A stretch of 64,000 bases of DNA from Octopus sinensis (lineage: Eukaryota): positions 48,112,001-48,176,000 of the forward strand of contig NC_043013.1 of the NCBI RefSeq assembly GCF_006345805.1, given 5' to 3'. A model generated the notes under the pieces. The model searched no databases. It saw nothing but the letters and a program-made list of their open reading frames with translations, and had not been told where the DNA came from. The position numbers and the translations under genes were made by a program. Every line of letters starts with the position of its first letter. Position 1 is the first letter of the stretch. Of this stretch, positions 50,620 through 62,912 are shown piece after piece.

Positions 50620-52900
50620 CTGTATTAGGCGAATTTCTACTGCAACACACCTGCACCTCCGTGTTCCTGAGGTATGTGCAACACTGTCTTTTGAGATGGT
50701 GTCCGTAACTAACGTCTACTTTGCTTTGTTGCATATGTTTAGCTGTTTCAGAGATTACTTTAATGCTTAAACTGTTGTCTAGAATACGACGTGCTGTGTG
50801 AATTGGGTTATTTCACTGGGCGATGTGTTGCGTGGAATATGTGTTTCATGGATTGAATCCTTTCATTATAGTTGATGATTCTGAAGCATATTTGTTATGT
50901 TAATTGTTATGTTAATTGATTGAAAATGTATTGTGTAAAACAAGGGCCGCACCTAACAGAACTATTTTAGGAACTGCGTGTAAAGGTGTAAAATTTTGCA
51001 CGGCTTTATGTGTGTGGTCATGTTCTTCCTCACAGCGACCCGTAATAAATACTGCTTTTACTTTCATACCCCACAACCTGTTTATTCCTATTTCAAGATC
51101 CTCCATACATTTGATCGTTCTTCCACTTCTATTCGTACTTTGTTTCGATTAGAATGGTTTAAGATGTGTATCAGAAGACATAGATTCTTATCCCTATATT
51201 TCAACGCAGAATATTGACCATGTCAGAGTGAACGGGCATATCCCAATAATCGTATTCATGTGGTTGTCATATACTGAATTTGACACGGGCTTATAATACT
51301 TTCTCTCAGCTTTAAAGTTGAAGTTTTGGCTTGTAGCCCAAAAGATAGAGCTACTTTGCCAGGACTAGGTGGCCAGAAATAATGTGATTAATTGATTCTT
51401 TCTTTCTGCTGATTGCGTAGGATGTAGTTAATATTAGCCCGCAGTTTCATGCGTTATATTTTGTTTTATTTACTTTTTTTGTTTGTTTGTTTTGATTTTA
51501 ATTAGAGGTTGATCCCGTGTACTTAAAATCAGACTTCTTTTACTTCAGAACTTCTGAGCTATTGTTGGCTTTCAAATATTGTTGGCTGACTTTAGTAAAT
51601 TTTCCAAGTTTCATTTTGATTTTGTCTTTTAGACGTCTTGTTTTAAAAACTCTTGTTTTATCCTTTTATCTAAATATTTCTACTGCAGGATAATTTGTTT
51701 CTAGTTAGTATTTTATTGGTTTATTGTTATACAAAGGGAAAAAAGGGATCTTTTCGGTTTGAACGGCAGTTTTTAACATAATTTCTAGGTAACTAAAAAA
51801 TTTTAAACTTCGTATACTGGTAGAATGTGTTCATAAAACATCTTTTTCTCTTGGCTTTATTCAGAAAATTCTATAGTTTGTAAGATATTTGTTGTTGTTT
51901 TTTCTTCAATTTCTGCAATTTCAACCAATCACTGACGTCTATTGAGGTAAAAAAAACATTCTGTGCCGTATGAATATGTCCCTCGTTTAAGAAACAGATC
52001 GGGTTTATTTACATTTGTGAAGAAAAAAAGATACGCTTCCCCCCAACTCTAACCCTAAAACAGATTGAAATGCAATAGATCGATACTAGAGCCATAATTA
52101 TGGGTGACAATTTCATATGACACCGCTAGAAAAAACTCCCGTTCAAACCGAAAAGATCCGAGAAAAGATTCCTGTTTTCTTTCGTTTCCTTTAATACACT
52201 AATCAGTTACACCTTACTCACTTCTGAGTATTTTCTTTACCCACAGTATTTCACAATATAATAATTCACTATTGTATCCAACCCCGGTCTTCTTGTGTTC
52301 AGAGTGAATATATCCATTTCGACTTTAGTGCAAGAGGGTGTTGAACATCGTAATTTACCAGTTTTCCTAAGCTCTCCCATTTATTATGTCAAAATTGTAA
52401 TTTATAAAAATGTAACAAGTGTATGTATAGCTGTTATTCGATTTTTTGACTTTTCTGTGTTCGTCTTTTCTCATTCTCTCATAATGTCATTAGTGATGAA
52501 GTTCCCATGATTTATTTAATGATGGAGTCCCCTCTGATGTACATTTTCATTCTGTTTCTTATTGGGTGCAGATTCAATGATAAACAGGTAAACACAGTTG
52601 ATGTGGTTGTATGCACCTTTAGTGCTTTTCATTTTGTCCTTAATTCTCAACCATTGATTATTTATTTATTTATTTAGTCTTTTTTCTCTTATTCAGTATT
52701 CTTGTTTTAATGTTTTCTTTGAGTGGTTTTAATTATTCTGTCTGCGATATGAAATATTTTGTCTGTGACATTAAATATTCAGTCTCAAAATACGTTTATT
52801 GTTTTAAAAGTGCAAACCGGATGGCTAGTGATGTGTTTATATTTATATGTAAATTTATTATCGTCGTCTTTTTCTGTATCGTTTATGTTTATGTCATCAA
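50620..52900 (-). pseudogene. R4/Dong-type RLE retrotransposon remnant interrupted by element D
   Basis: NRITAIHTLV and GL motif (52160-52500); ESINHIISG.LVLAK, WDMPVHSD, DLEIGINRLWGMKVKAVFI, KIVLLG (50900-51450). Confidence 0.8.
51746..52159 (+). mobile_element. TIR element D, copy 4
   Basis: ggatcttttcgg...ccgaaaagatcc. Confidence 0.9.
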
Positions 52901-53154
52901 GTAATCTGCTGTCTGTGAAGTACATTGCAGAACTTTACATTTTCCTTCAGAGATAAATTCTAATACTTTTTCTTTTAGATTTATTATTTTAGGCCAGAAA
53001 TTTCAATCTTTATTAGTTTCAGGTTTCCTATATACACCCTCAGGTACACATTCGATTATTTTACCTAATATTTGCAGCATCGTCTTTAAACTAGCCAGTA
53101 CGAGATTATTCTTTTTAACTGTTGCACCCAATATACATGTATGTACGTATGTAC

Positions 53155-53240
<86 letters not shown>

Positions 53241-53270
53241 TGTGTGTGTGTGTTGTGTGTGTGTGTGTGT

Positions 53271-54103
53271 GTGCTTCCAAATCCAAATTAAGAAATGTTG
53301 AGCTGACGAAAGAAATGCTGAGTTTATTTGGCTAATCTAGAAACGTTAACGTTCTCAAATGATCTTTGTACTTGTGATATTTTTCTGCTTTTACCTCCAT
53401 ACCTTCGTGAGTTATTTATGAGTTAACATTTTCTGAGAGAAATTTCCTTAAAGTAGTGGTAATGGCTAAAAAACTTTTTGGCTGCTATTTCTAGAAAGTT
53501 CAGTATGTGGCAAAGTAATGTATTTTACGAAGCCCTAATTATATAATGTAATATTTTGAATTCGCCTTAAATGGTCCTTTTACATACTGAACACTACTTG
53601 GTGAAATTGATTAATAACTAATTAATTTTACCCTCAATTGTTGATATTATAATTCATTTCTCTCTGTCCTATTGCTTCGGTTCTCACCGTTTAAATAATG
53701 TTTACTAGATAACCCACGTGGGTGGAAGGGGAGAGAGCAGGAATCTTCGCTTGCGCATTTTGAATTTGTTAGTACTGGCAGTCTAAGCGTGTTCATTGAG
53801 GTGATACGTCGCCGAAGGGTATGTTCTTCCTTTTAGTGCTTCCAAATCCAAATTAAGAAATGTTGAGCTGACGAAAGAAATGCTGAGTTTATTGGCTAAT
53901 CTAGAAACGTTAACGTTCTCAAATGATCTTTGTACTTGTGATATTTTTCTGTTTTTACCTCCATACCTTCGTGAGTTATTTATGAGTAAACATTTTCTGA
54001 GAGAAATTTTTTTAAAGTAGTGGAAATGGCTAAAAAACTTTTTGGCTGCTATTTCTAGAAAGTTCAGTATGTGGCAAAGTAATTTATTTTACGAAGCCCT
54101 AAT
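53271..54103. repeat. ~270-bp direct duplication (53271-53539 and 53836-54103)
   Basis: gtgcttccaaatccaaattaag...ttacgaagccctaat twice, few differences. Confidence 0.92.
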
Positions 54104-54109
54104 ATATAC

Positions 54110-54143
<34 letters not shown>

Positions 54144-54188
54144 ATATATATATAGATAGATAGATAGATATATATATATACTCATAAC

Positions 54189-54313
54189 TCTCTTTACCTT
54201 TTACTTGTTTCAGTCATTTGACTGTGGCCATGCTGGAGCACTGCCTTCAGTCGAGCAAGTCGACCCCAGGACTTATTCTTTGTAAGCCTAGTACTTATTC
54301 TATCGGTCTCTTG
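54189..54313 (-). mobile_element. SINE family A 3' fragment
   Basis: ttttacttgtttcagtcatttgactg...tatcggtctc. Confidence 0.85.
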
Positions 54314-54423
54314 GCAATTCTGAGTATTTTGAAAAAACGTGTCGGTAGATATATCTATTGAGTAATATACCGAAACTTTGACATGGGAAGAAAATAAAAG
54401 TGGAATAACCGCCACACGTCACA

Positions 54424-54556
54424 AATAACCCTAACCCTAACCCTAACTAACCCTAAAACAGATTGAAATGCAATAGATCGATACTAGGGTCATAATTATA
54501 GGTGACAATTTCATATGACACCGCTAGAAAAAACTGCCGTTCAAACCGAAAAGATC
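54424..54556 (+). mobile_element. TIR element D, right-end fragment
   Basis: taaccctaaccctaaccctaactaaccctaa...ccgttcaaaccgaaaagatc. Confidence 0.85.
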
Positions 54557-54751
54557 GAACGCACGTAATAAAGCTTATTGACAGGGTACAGTAGAAAAGC
54601 TCTTAGGTTGATAACCGTTTCAATAGCAAATGCACGATAGGTGGGAAAATACGCTACTTGAAATAACCATAACTAACTTCATGCCTAACGTCAATAATAG
54701 TTAACCGCGGCAGAATAACTCGTGGAAAGTCTTTCTGCCGTACCCTGTATA

Positions 54752-54965
54752 AGGGCAGGCTTGTAGCAGAAGTGTTAGAGTGTCTAACAAAATGTCTTGT
54801 GATGTTTTATTTCGATTCTTTACACTCTGAATTCAATTCCTACAGTCGTCAACTTTGCTTTTCATCCTTTCGGAGTCGATAAGATAAAGTACCGGTCAAG
54901 TACTGGAGTCAACATTATCAATTATTATCAATTAACCTTCCTACAAAGTCTTTGGCATTCTGCCT
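54752..54965 (+). mobile_element. SINE family B2, old copy
   Basis: gtcaactttgcttttcatcctttcggagtcgataagataaagtacc. Confidence 0.65.
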
Positions 54966-56970
54966 GTACGGACATGCTGTTACTACTTTAACCGTTTACT
55001 CTTTAACCAAAAACACCCTGCTTCGTTGTAGTTGTTTAACAGCCAGCAGAAAATATTTCTTAAAATATTTTCATTACAAAATATCTTACAAGGGAACACC
55101 ATGTAGGTTGATATAGATCCAGATGCACTATATCAAATGAAAGATGATGGTCACGGTTGGGTAGCCGTTGATCACGTGTGTTCGAACAACGTCAATTAAT
55201 ATCAGTGCTTCAGCTCCTTCCGAGGAATTTTTTTTCTCTTTCGTTTTTCTGATTTTAGGGTGAATATGGCAACGATGGAATTGTATATTAATACACAGTG
55301 TGGGCGTGGTGTACTTTGGTTTTCATATATTCTACACTGTTGCTGTTGTAATTAGTGTTGTTTTCTGTATTAAGCTTTGTGATTCGGAGTTTGCTGAAAA
55401 TTAGTTATTTCGTGTTATGCTTTTAGGTGTGCCAGGATTCTACAACTATTTCAACCATCCTACTGTCTGTTTGCGCAGAATCATCGGCTCGAACATTTTT
55501 CATACAAGATGACTTTCTCAGGCAATTATATATCGTTCGTCAAGCATTTCCTTTGTAATAATCCAGCTGTTGTTTATTAGATTCCGGTACATTGCTTTAG
55601 AATTGATATTTTAATATACTTAAAAGAGAAGAGGGTAATTTTTAAAAGAAAAGAGAGTAATTTAAGATTTTGCTGCTTATCGTAACAATTGAATGGAAGG
55701 AACTGTAAGGAATATTTTTTTGAAGCCCATCAATGATATCGAAGCCCCACTGAAAGGCATTGTGGTAGGATACACAACTACCAAAGACGAATGCAGAATC
55801 ATGATAGTTTTCATATTCCAAGCAACAACTCCTTACCCACCACCAAAACCCACAAATATAAAGGAATATGTTCAATGGTGAAGAATATACACTGCATTTT
55901 TATTCTACCACACTTTGAATAAATCTTTGCCTGTCAGTGTCTCAGTGAGGTCGACAGTAACATGGTGATATTCAAAAACGAAGCAAATACTTTTATTCGG
56001 TTGTTTGATAATTTGTATTAAATATTTGGAAAGCGAAATTATAAAGAAATGAAGTTTAGAAAAAATGGTTTTCGACGAAAAAAGTGTTTCTTTTATGAGA
56101 GAAAGCTAAAGTGCAAAAGCTATAATAATTTATTCATCAACATTATGTCTTATGTAGTATATTATTAAACATATGAAATGTAACCTCCATTCCATTCGCT
56201 TGCTTTTCTAATTTATTTTGGCGATGGCGAAACACCCTTCCTTATGGTCCTTTTCCATCAAATCCTCAAACAATCAATTTTAAAAAATATATATTAATGA
56301 TTCTTTTTAAATTCATTTTTTTTTTTACACGAGAGCTATTCTATTTTTCATAGTTTGGTGTTTGGTTGAGACGCTTTAATAATCTTATATTCTGCGCTAA
56401 TGTATTCATAAATATTTTATTTCTCATCTAGTCCACAAGATGATATTCCATTACTTTTCATGTTTTAATAAAATGTTTCTGTTTTCTTGTTTTCAGGACT
56501 AGAGAATCAAACTAGTTTTAAGCTTACAAAAAAAAAAAAAAACAGCATCTAAAATCTCGTCTGGATGTGGAGACACGCGAGAGGTATTCCGTCTCTTTTC
56601 TATTTGTTGATAGGTTTCGCTGTCTCCATCACATTTCAAGACAAACTTTTTAACTGTCTTGGACCAGTTCTGGTAACTGCAGCGAAGGAAATTTATTTCA
56701 ACTCACCAATGGAAATGTATGATACGTGAGTTTGCTTTCGTGTAAACCAATACATACGCACATACATACATACATACATACATACATACATACATACATA
56801 CATACATTTATACATACATTATTCGTACGTACATACATACATATAAGCATGCCTGTATGCATGCAAATACATATTCATATACATGTACAAAGTACATACA
56901 AACTTATATATATATATATATATATATATATACTTAATATAGATATATGTATGCATGTTTGTATACTTAT

Positions 56971-57081
<111 letters not shown>

Positions 57082-57344
57082 TACACACACATATACACAC
57101 TCACACGTGTGTGTATGTATGTGTGTGTGTGTGAGCTGATGAAAAACAAAAGGAATGAAATAAAAAGACAGACAGACAAAGGACCAAAATATGTTAAAAA
57201 TAAAATACTATTATCGCAAAAGAATGTAAAATATGTGAATAACTATATAATATTAATGAATATTTGTACTGAAACAAAGAATATAACTAAGATTCTTCAT
57301 CTAATAGTTAGTTGCAGCTGCTACTATTACTGTCCTTATCAAAC

Positions 57345-57345
<1 letters not shown>

Positions 57346-57400
<55 letters not shown>

Positions 57401-57590
57401 GGTGGTGGTGGTGTGGTGGTGGTGGTGATGACGATGATGATGATGATGATGACGATGATGATGGTGATGACGATGATGATGGTGATGACGACGATGATGA
57501 TGATGACGATGACGATGACGATGATGATGACCATCACCACGGCTATAACGACGAGGACGATGATGGCTATAATGATATTGATGATACCGT
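57346..57590. repeat. (ATG/GTG/ACG)n compound trinucleotide repeat
   Basis: Direct observation; explains the poly-H/I/T ORFs. Confidence 0.93.
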
Positions 57591-58151
57591 GAGTTTTTTT
57601 TCACTGTTGGCAATTAATTCCAACACGGCTTTTATTAATCATTAAAGTTACCTTTAAAAATGATATTACGACAGATTTTCTTAATTTCTAAATTGAATTT
57701 AACAATATCATAATGGCTTAATACATATATTTATATCTGTGTGAGTATGTGTCTGTGTATATGTATATAATGAACGAAAGACCTTTCTTTCGTGGCTATA
57801 GAACGCAACCACCTCATCAGATGTTAGGAGAGAGCGTGGAGAGATTTTAAAACAAATTTAGAAAACGATGTCCCGCATTAGGACGAAGTATTTCGTCGCC
57901 TGCGTGTTATCCGACTCCTCGTCGCCACTAATAAATCCCGCATTATGAAGACGTACCTTCGTCGCCTGCGTGACTAACCCGAACAGCGTACCTCGCTGAC
58001 TGACACTGCTTGCTGTATCTGTCCACTATTTAATCTTTCTTCCGCACAGAATTATTTTTCTCTTCAGAATGCCGTAGGTAGTACCAGTCTACATTGTTTA
58101 CTGCTAGCGCTACTAACACATAGCGACCTGGCTTAAATCCTTCACACGGAC

Positions 58152-58550
58152 TTATTACATCCGCTTTAGCGAAGGCGGGGATATTGTTTCTAATCGTGTT
58201 TGTTTGTTTGGTTGGGTTTTTTTTGTCCGTGGACAAGATATCTCAAGAACCGCTGGATGGATTCGCATAAAACTTTCAGGAATGTTTGGCTTTGGGACTG
58301 GCAGGAATTGATTAAATTTTGGGATCCATCTGGCACCGGACACAGATTCTAGATTATTTTTCCAGTTTTTTTTTTACTTAATTTTCGAGAGCGGTCGGGT
58401 TCATTTTTAGTATTCTCGTTTGTGAAAGCAGTTGAGTTTATTTCAGGTATTCTCATTTTAAAAATTACATCCGGCTAATCGTTAAGAAGACGTTGGAATT
58501 GCTTTGGCGAAGTTTTGCGGTCTCTGAGTACTTTTGTTATTATTATTATT
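58152..58550 (+). mobile_element. DINE-1/HINE-like Helentron-associated element
   Basis: 5' ttattacatccgc...gcgaaggcgg hairpin, (gttt)n, gatatctcaagaaccgctggatggatt..cataaaact core, 3' ttggcgaag....gcggtctctgagtac. Confidence 0.7.
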
Positions 58551-58661
58551 TTTTCTTCCACACAGAATTATTCTTCTCTTCAGAATATCGCAGGTAGTAC
58601 CAGTCTACATTGTTTACCGGTAGCGTTACTAATACAAAGCGATCTGACAGAAAGACTACGA

Positions 58662-59109
58662 ATTATTCTTTGTAAGCCTAGTACTTATTCTATCGGTTTC
58701 TTTTGTCGAAGCGCTAAGTTACGGGGACGTAAGCACACCAGCATCGGTTGTCAAGCGATGTTGGGGGGACAAACACAGACACACAAACATATACACACAC
58801 ATACATACATATATATATATATAGTGACTGTGGTTACTGTGAAAATCCCTATATATCCAGCCTGTAGGGGAAGTCACTCAACGAAGAGCGGTGCTTACCA
58901 TACGTTGACAAGAGGCAATAACCTCGAAACCGGTCCGTATGTAGTATCCGTATCTTCGGGGAGGCTGATCTCCCTTTGCAGGCTGGCAAGGACACCGAGA
59001 TGGTGTCAGCCCTTCTGGTGACGTTGATGATCGCCTGGGGCTAAATGCATCAGTAACACTCCCACTACCCCGCCCTGACCCTAGCCACATTCAGATGGCT
59101 GATCCCCCT

Positions 59110-59159
<50 letters not shown>

Positions 59160-59331
59160 CATATATACGACGGGCTTCTTTCAGTTTCCGTCTACCAAAT
59201 CCACTCACAATGCTTTGGTCGGCCCGAGGCTATAGTACAAGACACTTTCCCAAGGTGCCACGCAGTGGGACTGAACCCGGAACCATGTGGTTGGTAAGCA
59301 AGCTACTTACCGCACACCCACTCCTGCGCCT
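58662..59331 (-). mobile_element. SINE family A interrupted by a ~290-bp insert (58822-59110) at its internal microsatellite
   Basis: 3' half at 58662-58810, 5' half at 59160-59331. Confidence 0.88.
58899..58941 (+). ncRNA. Type I hammerhead ribozyme candidate (core degenerate)
   Basis: CATACG / TTGACAA / GAGG-CAATAA-CCTC / GAAA / CCGGTC / CGTATG: 6-bp stem I, 4-bp stem II, palindromic ACCGGT helix III, GUC site. Confidence 0.6.
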
Positions 59332-59336
59332 ATATA

Positions 59337-59378
<42 letters not shown>

Positions 59379-60941
59379 GCTAGTATCGAATACTGAGAAT
59401 AAGTGCTCAACACTGCAATGGAAGACAGACATTCTTTATATGTGGATTATCAAGGTATCAAGGCAACCAATGGTTTCATGTGAAAGAGATCTCCACAATT
59501 CTTCAAGCGAACCAGTTGGTAATATTGGTACTCGTCTCGATTTTGGCTGAGAATACGTGAGCTTACGCGAGATAATAAAGGATTTCAAAATAAATATAAA
59601 ATCCGAGGAGGTAACTTATAAGAATATCGTAATTGTTATTGCCCTTACATTATCCCTAGATTTCTGCAAAAATTTGCGTTTACATAGATTAATTAATTAG
59701 TTATCTTGTGGTTTCAAGAGTTCAGTCTCTTAGACATGTTTTTGTCCTTTGTTGCAAGACTTTGACTTAATGAAAATGATGAAATCATAAAATATTAATG
59801 AAACATTGATATTTCCCTTTGAGAAACGTTCCCAGTTTTACGAAGGTGAGACACAGTTGATCGAATTGGCACATCTAAATAAAGCATGTTTTCTCGGTCT
59901 CAAAGATAAGAAAAGCAATGTCAATCCCGGTACGGTTTTGAACTTATCCATAGTGAGACAAACCTAAAAATTATCATGTAATTAATATGGTTTTCTTCTC
60001 TTTCTTCTTCATCCCTATCTTTAGATCTTTAGCTGCTGCTTTTGTTTAACTTCGGGTCAGCCTCAAACGCTTCATGGAGCAGGCCTACATTTACAGACAT
60101 TTCAGTCGCGGTAACTCTCTTTTTTATTCGACTATGGTACAACATTATCCCGTATGTTCGTTTCTTCCTTTTAGATCTGAATGAGATTTGACTGCTACTT
60201 CTAGCAAGTCCAGTGACCAAACAGAAGCTCCCTCCACTATTTTGAGATATACGAAAGTTTGTTTTTGTTTTTAAGTTGTACATGTGTTTGAGGTATTCGG
60301 TTTATTTGCCTCACCAGTTTAGTATAATTCATTAATCAAATGAACCAGCTCAAGCACGAAATAGCAATTTATCTTTCGCTAGAAAGACAAGGTGATCACC
60401 TTTCTAAAGACTATGTTCTATCTTCAAGCTTCAGTACATATTCTAAGAACAAATTTAAATGATATTATCCGGTCATGACAGGGGTCACTAATACCCAAAT
60501 TCATTGTAATGTTGTTTTATAGTTTGTTTGTTTGTTTTTTTTTTTTTTTTTTTTTTTTGTAAAAGTAAAATTTGCTGAAAAAAATGTTAATCTATTAGTA
60601 AATTTAAAAAATAAGTTAACCGATATGATTTTAATGCGAGGTATATAAGACATTACAAGTACAAACTTAAGGCAGATAACAAGCAACAACCTCTGTAGCG
60701 GGTCTCAAATCAAGGATATATATATATATATATATATATATACACTTTCCCGCGTGACCGTGTCACTGATTATACTACCAAGCCTCAATCTTTTCCTTGC
60801 CTAAATTAAAAACACAATAATTAATTTTTGTATTGTTCTACAATGCTATTCCATCTTCGTTGGTATTTCATTTGTTCTACAAACAGTTCATAAGCTACTT
60901 TGAGCAAGCAATATAGTAATAAACACACAATATAGAAAATT

Positions 60942-61168
60942 GGCGAGCTGGCAGAAACGTTAGCACACCGGGCGAAATGCTTAGCGGTATTGCGTCTGTC
61001 GTTGCGTTCTGAGTTCAAATTCCGCCGAGGTCGACTTAGCCTTTCATCCTTTCGGGGTCGATAAATTAAGTACCAGTCACGCACTGGGGTCGATGTAATC
61101 GACTTAATCCGTTTGTCTGTCCTTGTTTGTCCCCTCTATGTTTAGCCCCTTGTGGGCAATAAAGAAAC
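60942..61168 (+). mobile_element. SINE family B, full length
   Basis: Family B head to aataaagaaa. Confidence 0.9.
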
Positions 61169-61245
61169 AAATATTGAAAATTCTCCCACCCCTGTTCGAT
61201 GTTTGTAAATCAAAACGCACGAAGATGAACAAATTATAAATCTTT

Positions 61246-61400
61246 ATTCTTTTACTTGTTTCAATCATTTGACTGCGGCAATGCTGGAGCACCACTGTGA
61301 AGGATTTTAGTCGAATAAATCGACCCAAGGACTATTTTTTTGAAGCCTAGTACTTATTCTATTAATCGTCTTGCCGAACCGCTAAGTTACTGGAAGAGAA
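61246..61400 (-). mobile_element. SINE family A 3' part
   Basis: ttttacttgtttcaatcatttgactgcggc...gccgaaccgctaagttac. Confidence 0.8.
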
Positions 61401-61877
61401 GTAAACACACTAACACCCAAGAAGAGACGATTGCCTATAAAGAAATTAGTTGATATGGTTGACTGACAGACTTCAAGAGGAATATAATTAATAAAATCAA
61501 TGGAAAAACAATCAAGTCTCAACGGAAGGAAAGTGCAACATAGGAGTCTGACAAATCTCACCAGTAACTGGTTTTCAGTAAATGCAATAAAACTTGTATC
61601 GATCTGTGACGACTTCTTGACACTACAAAACCAACAGTACTATTCGGAAATTACTGAAATACGAATGCGTCAGATTTTACGTATTCGAAAATTGCTAACA
61701 TTACTTTTCTATAATGAAATTGTTTCAGCTGCAACAAAGTTTTTGATCAAGTCAGCAATATGAATATAATTAGTGTCTTTTGAATGTCAATTGAATATTC
61801 CGTTAGAAAAGAGAGAACCGTAGGTAAAGTAAGGTATTCAATGCGTCAAGATGATGATATGCTTTGTTTTTTTATGA

Positions 61878-62037
61878 TGACGGGCTTCTTTCAGTTTCCG
61901 TCTACCAACTCCATTCACAAGGCTTTGACCAGCCTGAGGTTAAAGTAGATGACACTTGCCCAATGTGACACGTAGTGGGACTGAACCCGGGACCATGTGG
62001 TTGGGAAGCAGACTTCTTATCACACAGCCACTCCTGA
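61878..62037 (-). mobile_element. SINE family A 5' part
   Basis: gacgggcttctttcagtttccgtc...cagccactcctg. Confidence 0.85.
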
Positions 62038-62068
62038 ACCATACATGCATATATATGTGTGTGTGTGT

Positions 62069-62380
62069 TGAGGCGCAATGGTCCAGTGGTTAGGGCAGCG
62101 GACTCGTGGTTGTAGGATCGTGGTTTCGATTCCCAGACCGGGCGTTGTGAGTGTTTATTGAGCGAAAACACTAGAGCTCTACGACGCTCCGGCAGGGGGT
62201 GGTGGCGATCCCTGCTGTACTTTTTCGCCACAACTTTCTCAAACTCTTTCTTCTGTTGGCCTGCTCACTTAGCCAGCGGGGTGGCGTCATTTGAAGGCTA
62301 AAACAATACGAAGTGCATTGTGACCAGCGGTGTGTAGCAACATCTGATAGCCTGGTCGGTCACAGTGATCACGGTGATAT
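62069..62380 (+). mobile_element. SINE family C2, full length
   Basis: Family C tRNA head with tail ...gtagcaacatctgatagcctggtcggtcacagtgatcacggtga. Confidence 0.88.
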
Positions 62381-62679
62381 ATATATATATATTATATATA
62401 TATATAATATATATATATATATAATATATATATATATAATGATTTCTTTCCCGTTTTGAATTATACATGGAACCGCCCTTGAGTATCGCTTCTTCCATCT
62501 TGGTACCGCCTGCATAATGCTGCGAGAATGTTGTGAAGAACCACTCACAGAGTCTCTTTTCTTCAGCAAACTCTTTCTATTGCAAAAAGCTGATATGTTG
62601 CTGAAATTACTCAAGGGCGGCTCCATGTATAATTCAAAACAGCAAAGAAATCATTATATATATATATATATATATATAT

Positions 62680-62912
62680 ATCACCGTGATCACCGTGACC
62701 GACCAGACTATCAGATGTTGCTACACATCGCTGGTCACAATGCATTTCGCATTGTTTTAGCCTTCAAATCACGCCACCCCGGTGGCTAAGTGAGCAGGCC
62801 AACAGAAGAAAGAGTTTGGGAAAGTTGCGGCGAAAAAGTACAGCAGGGATCGCCACCACCACCTGACGGAGCCTCGTGGAGCTCTAAGTGTTTTCGCTCA
62901 ATAAACACTCAC
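62680..62912 (-). mobile_element. SINE family C2, 5'-truncated, inverted partner of 62069-62380
   Basis: Reverse complement of 62143-62380. Confidence 0.88.

Noticed and set aside
55280-55630. Possible further retroelement fragment
   Set aside because: Only weak, frame-hopping motif resemblance; cannot be assigned.
55693-55881. 62-aa ORF MEGTVRNIFLKP…
   Set aside because: In-frame stop directly upstream, no recognisable homology, equally open antisense frames.
57772-57830. Minus-strand CTGATGA-G-GTGGTT...AGCCAC-GAAA hammerhead-like motif
   Set aside because: Stem II forms but helix III and stem I do not pair for either candidate cleavage triplet.
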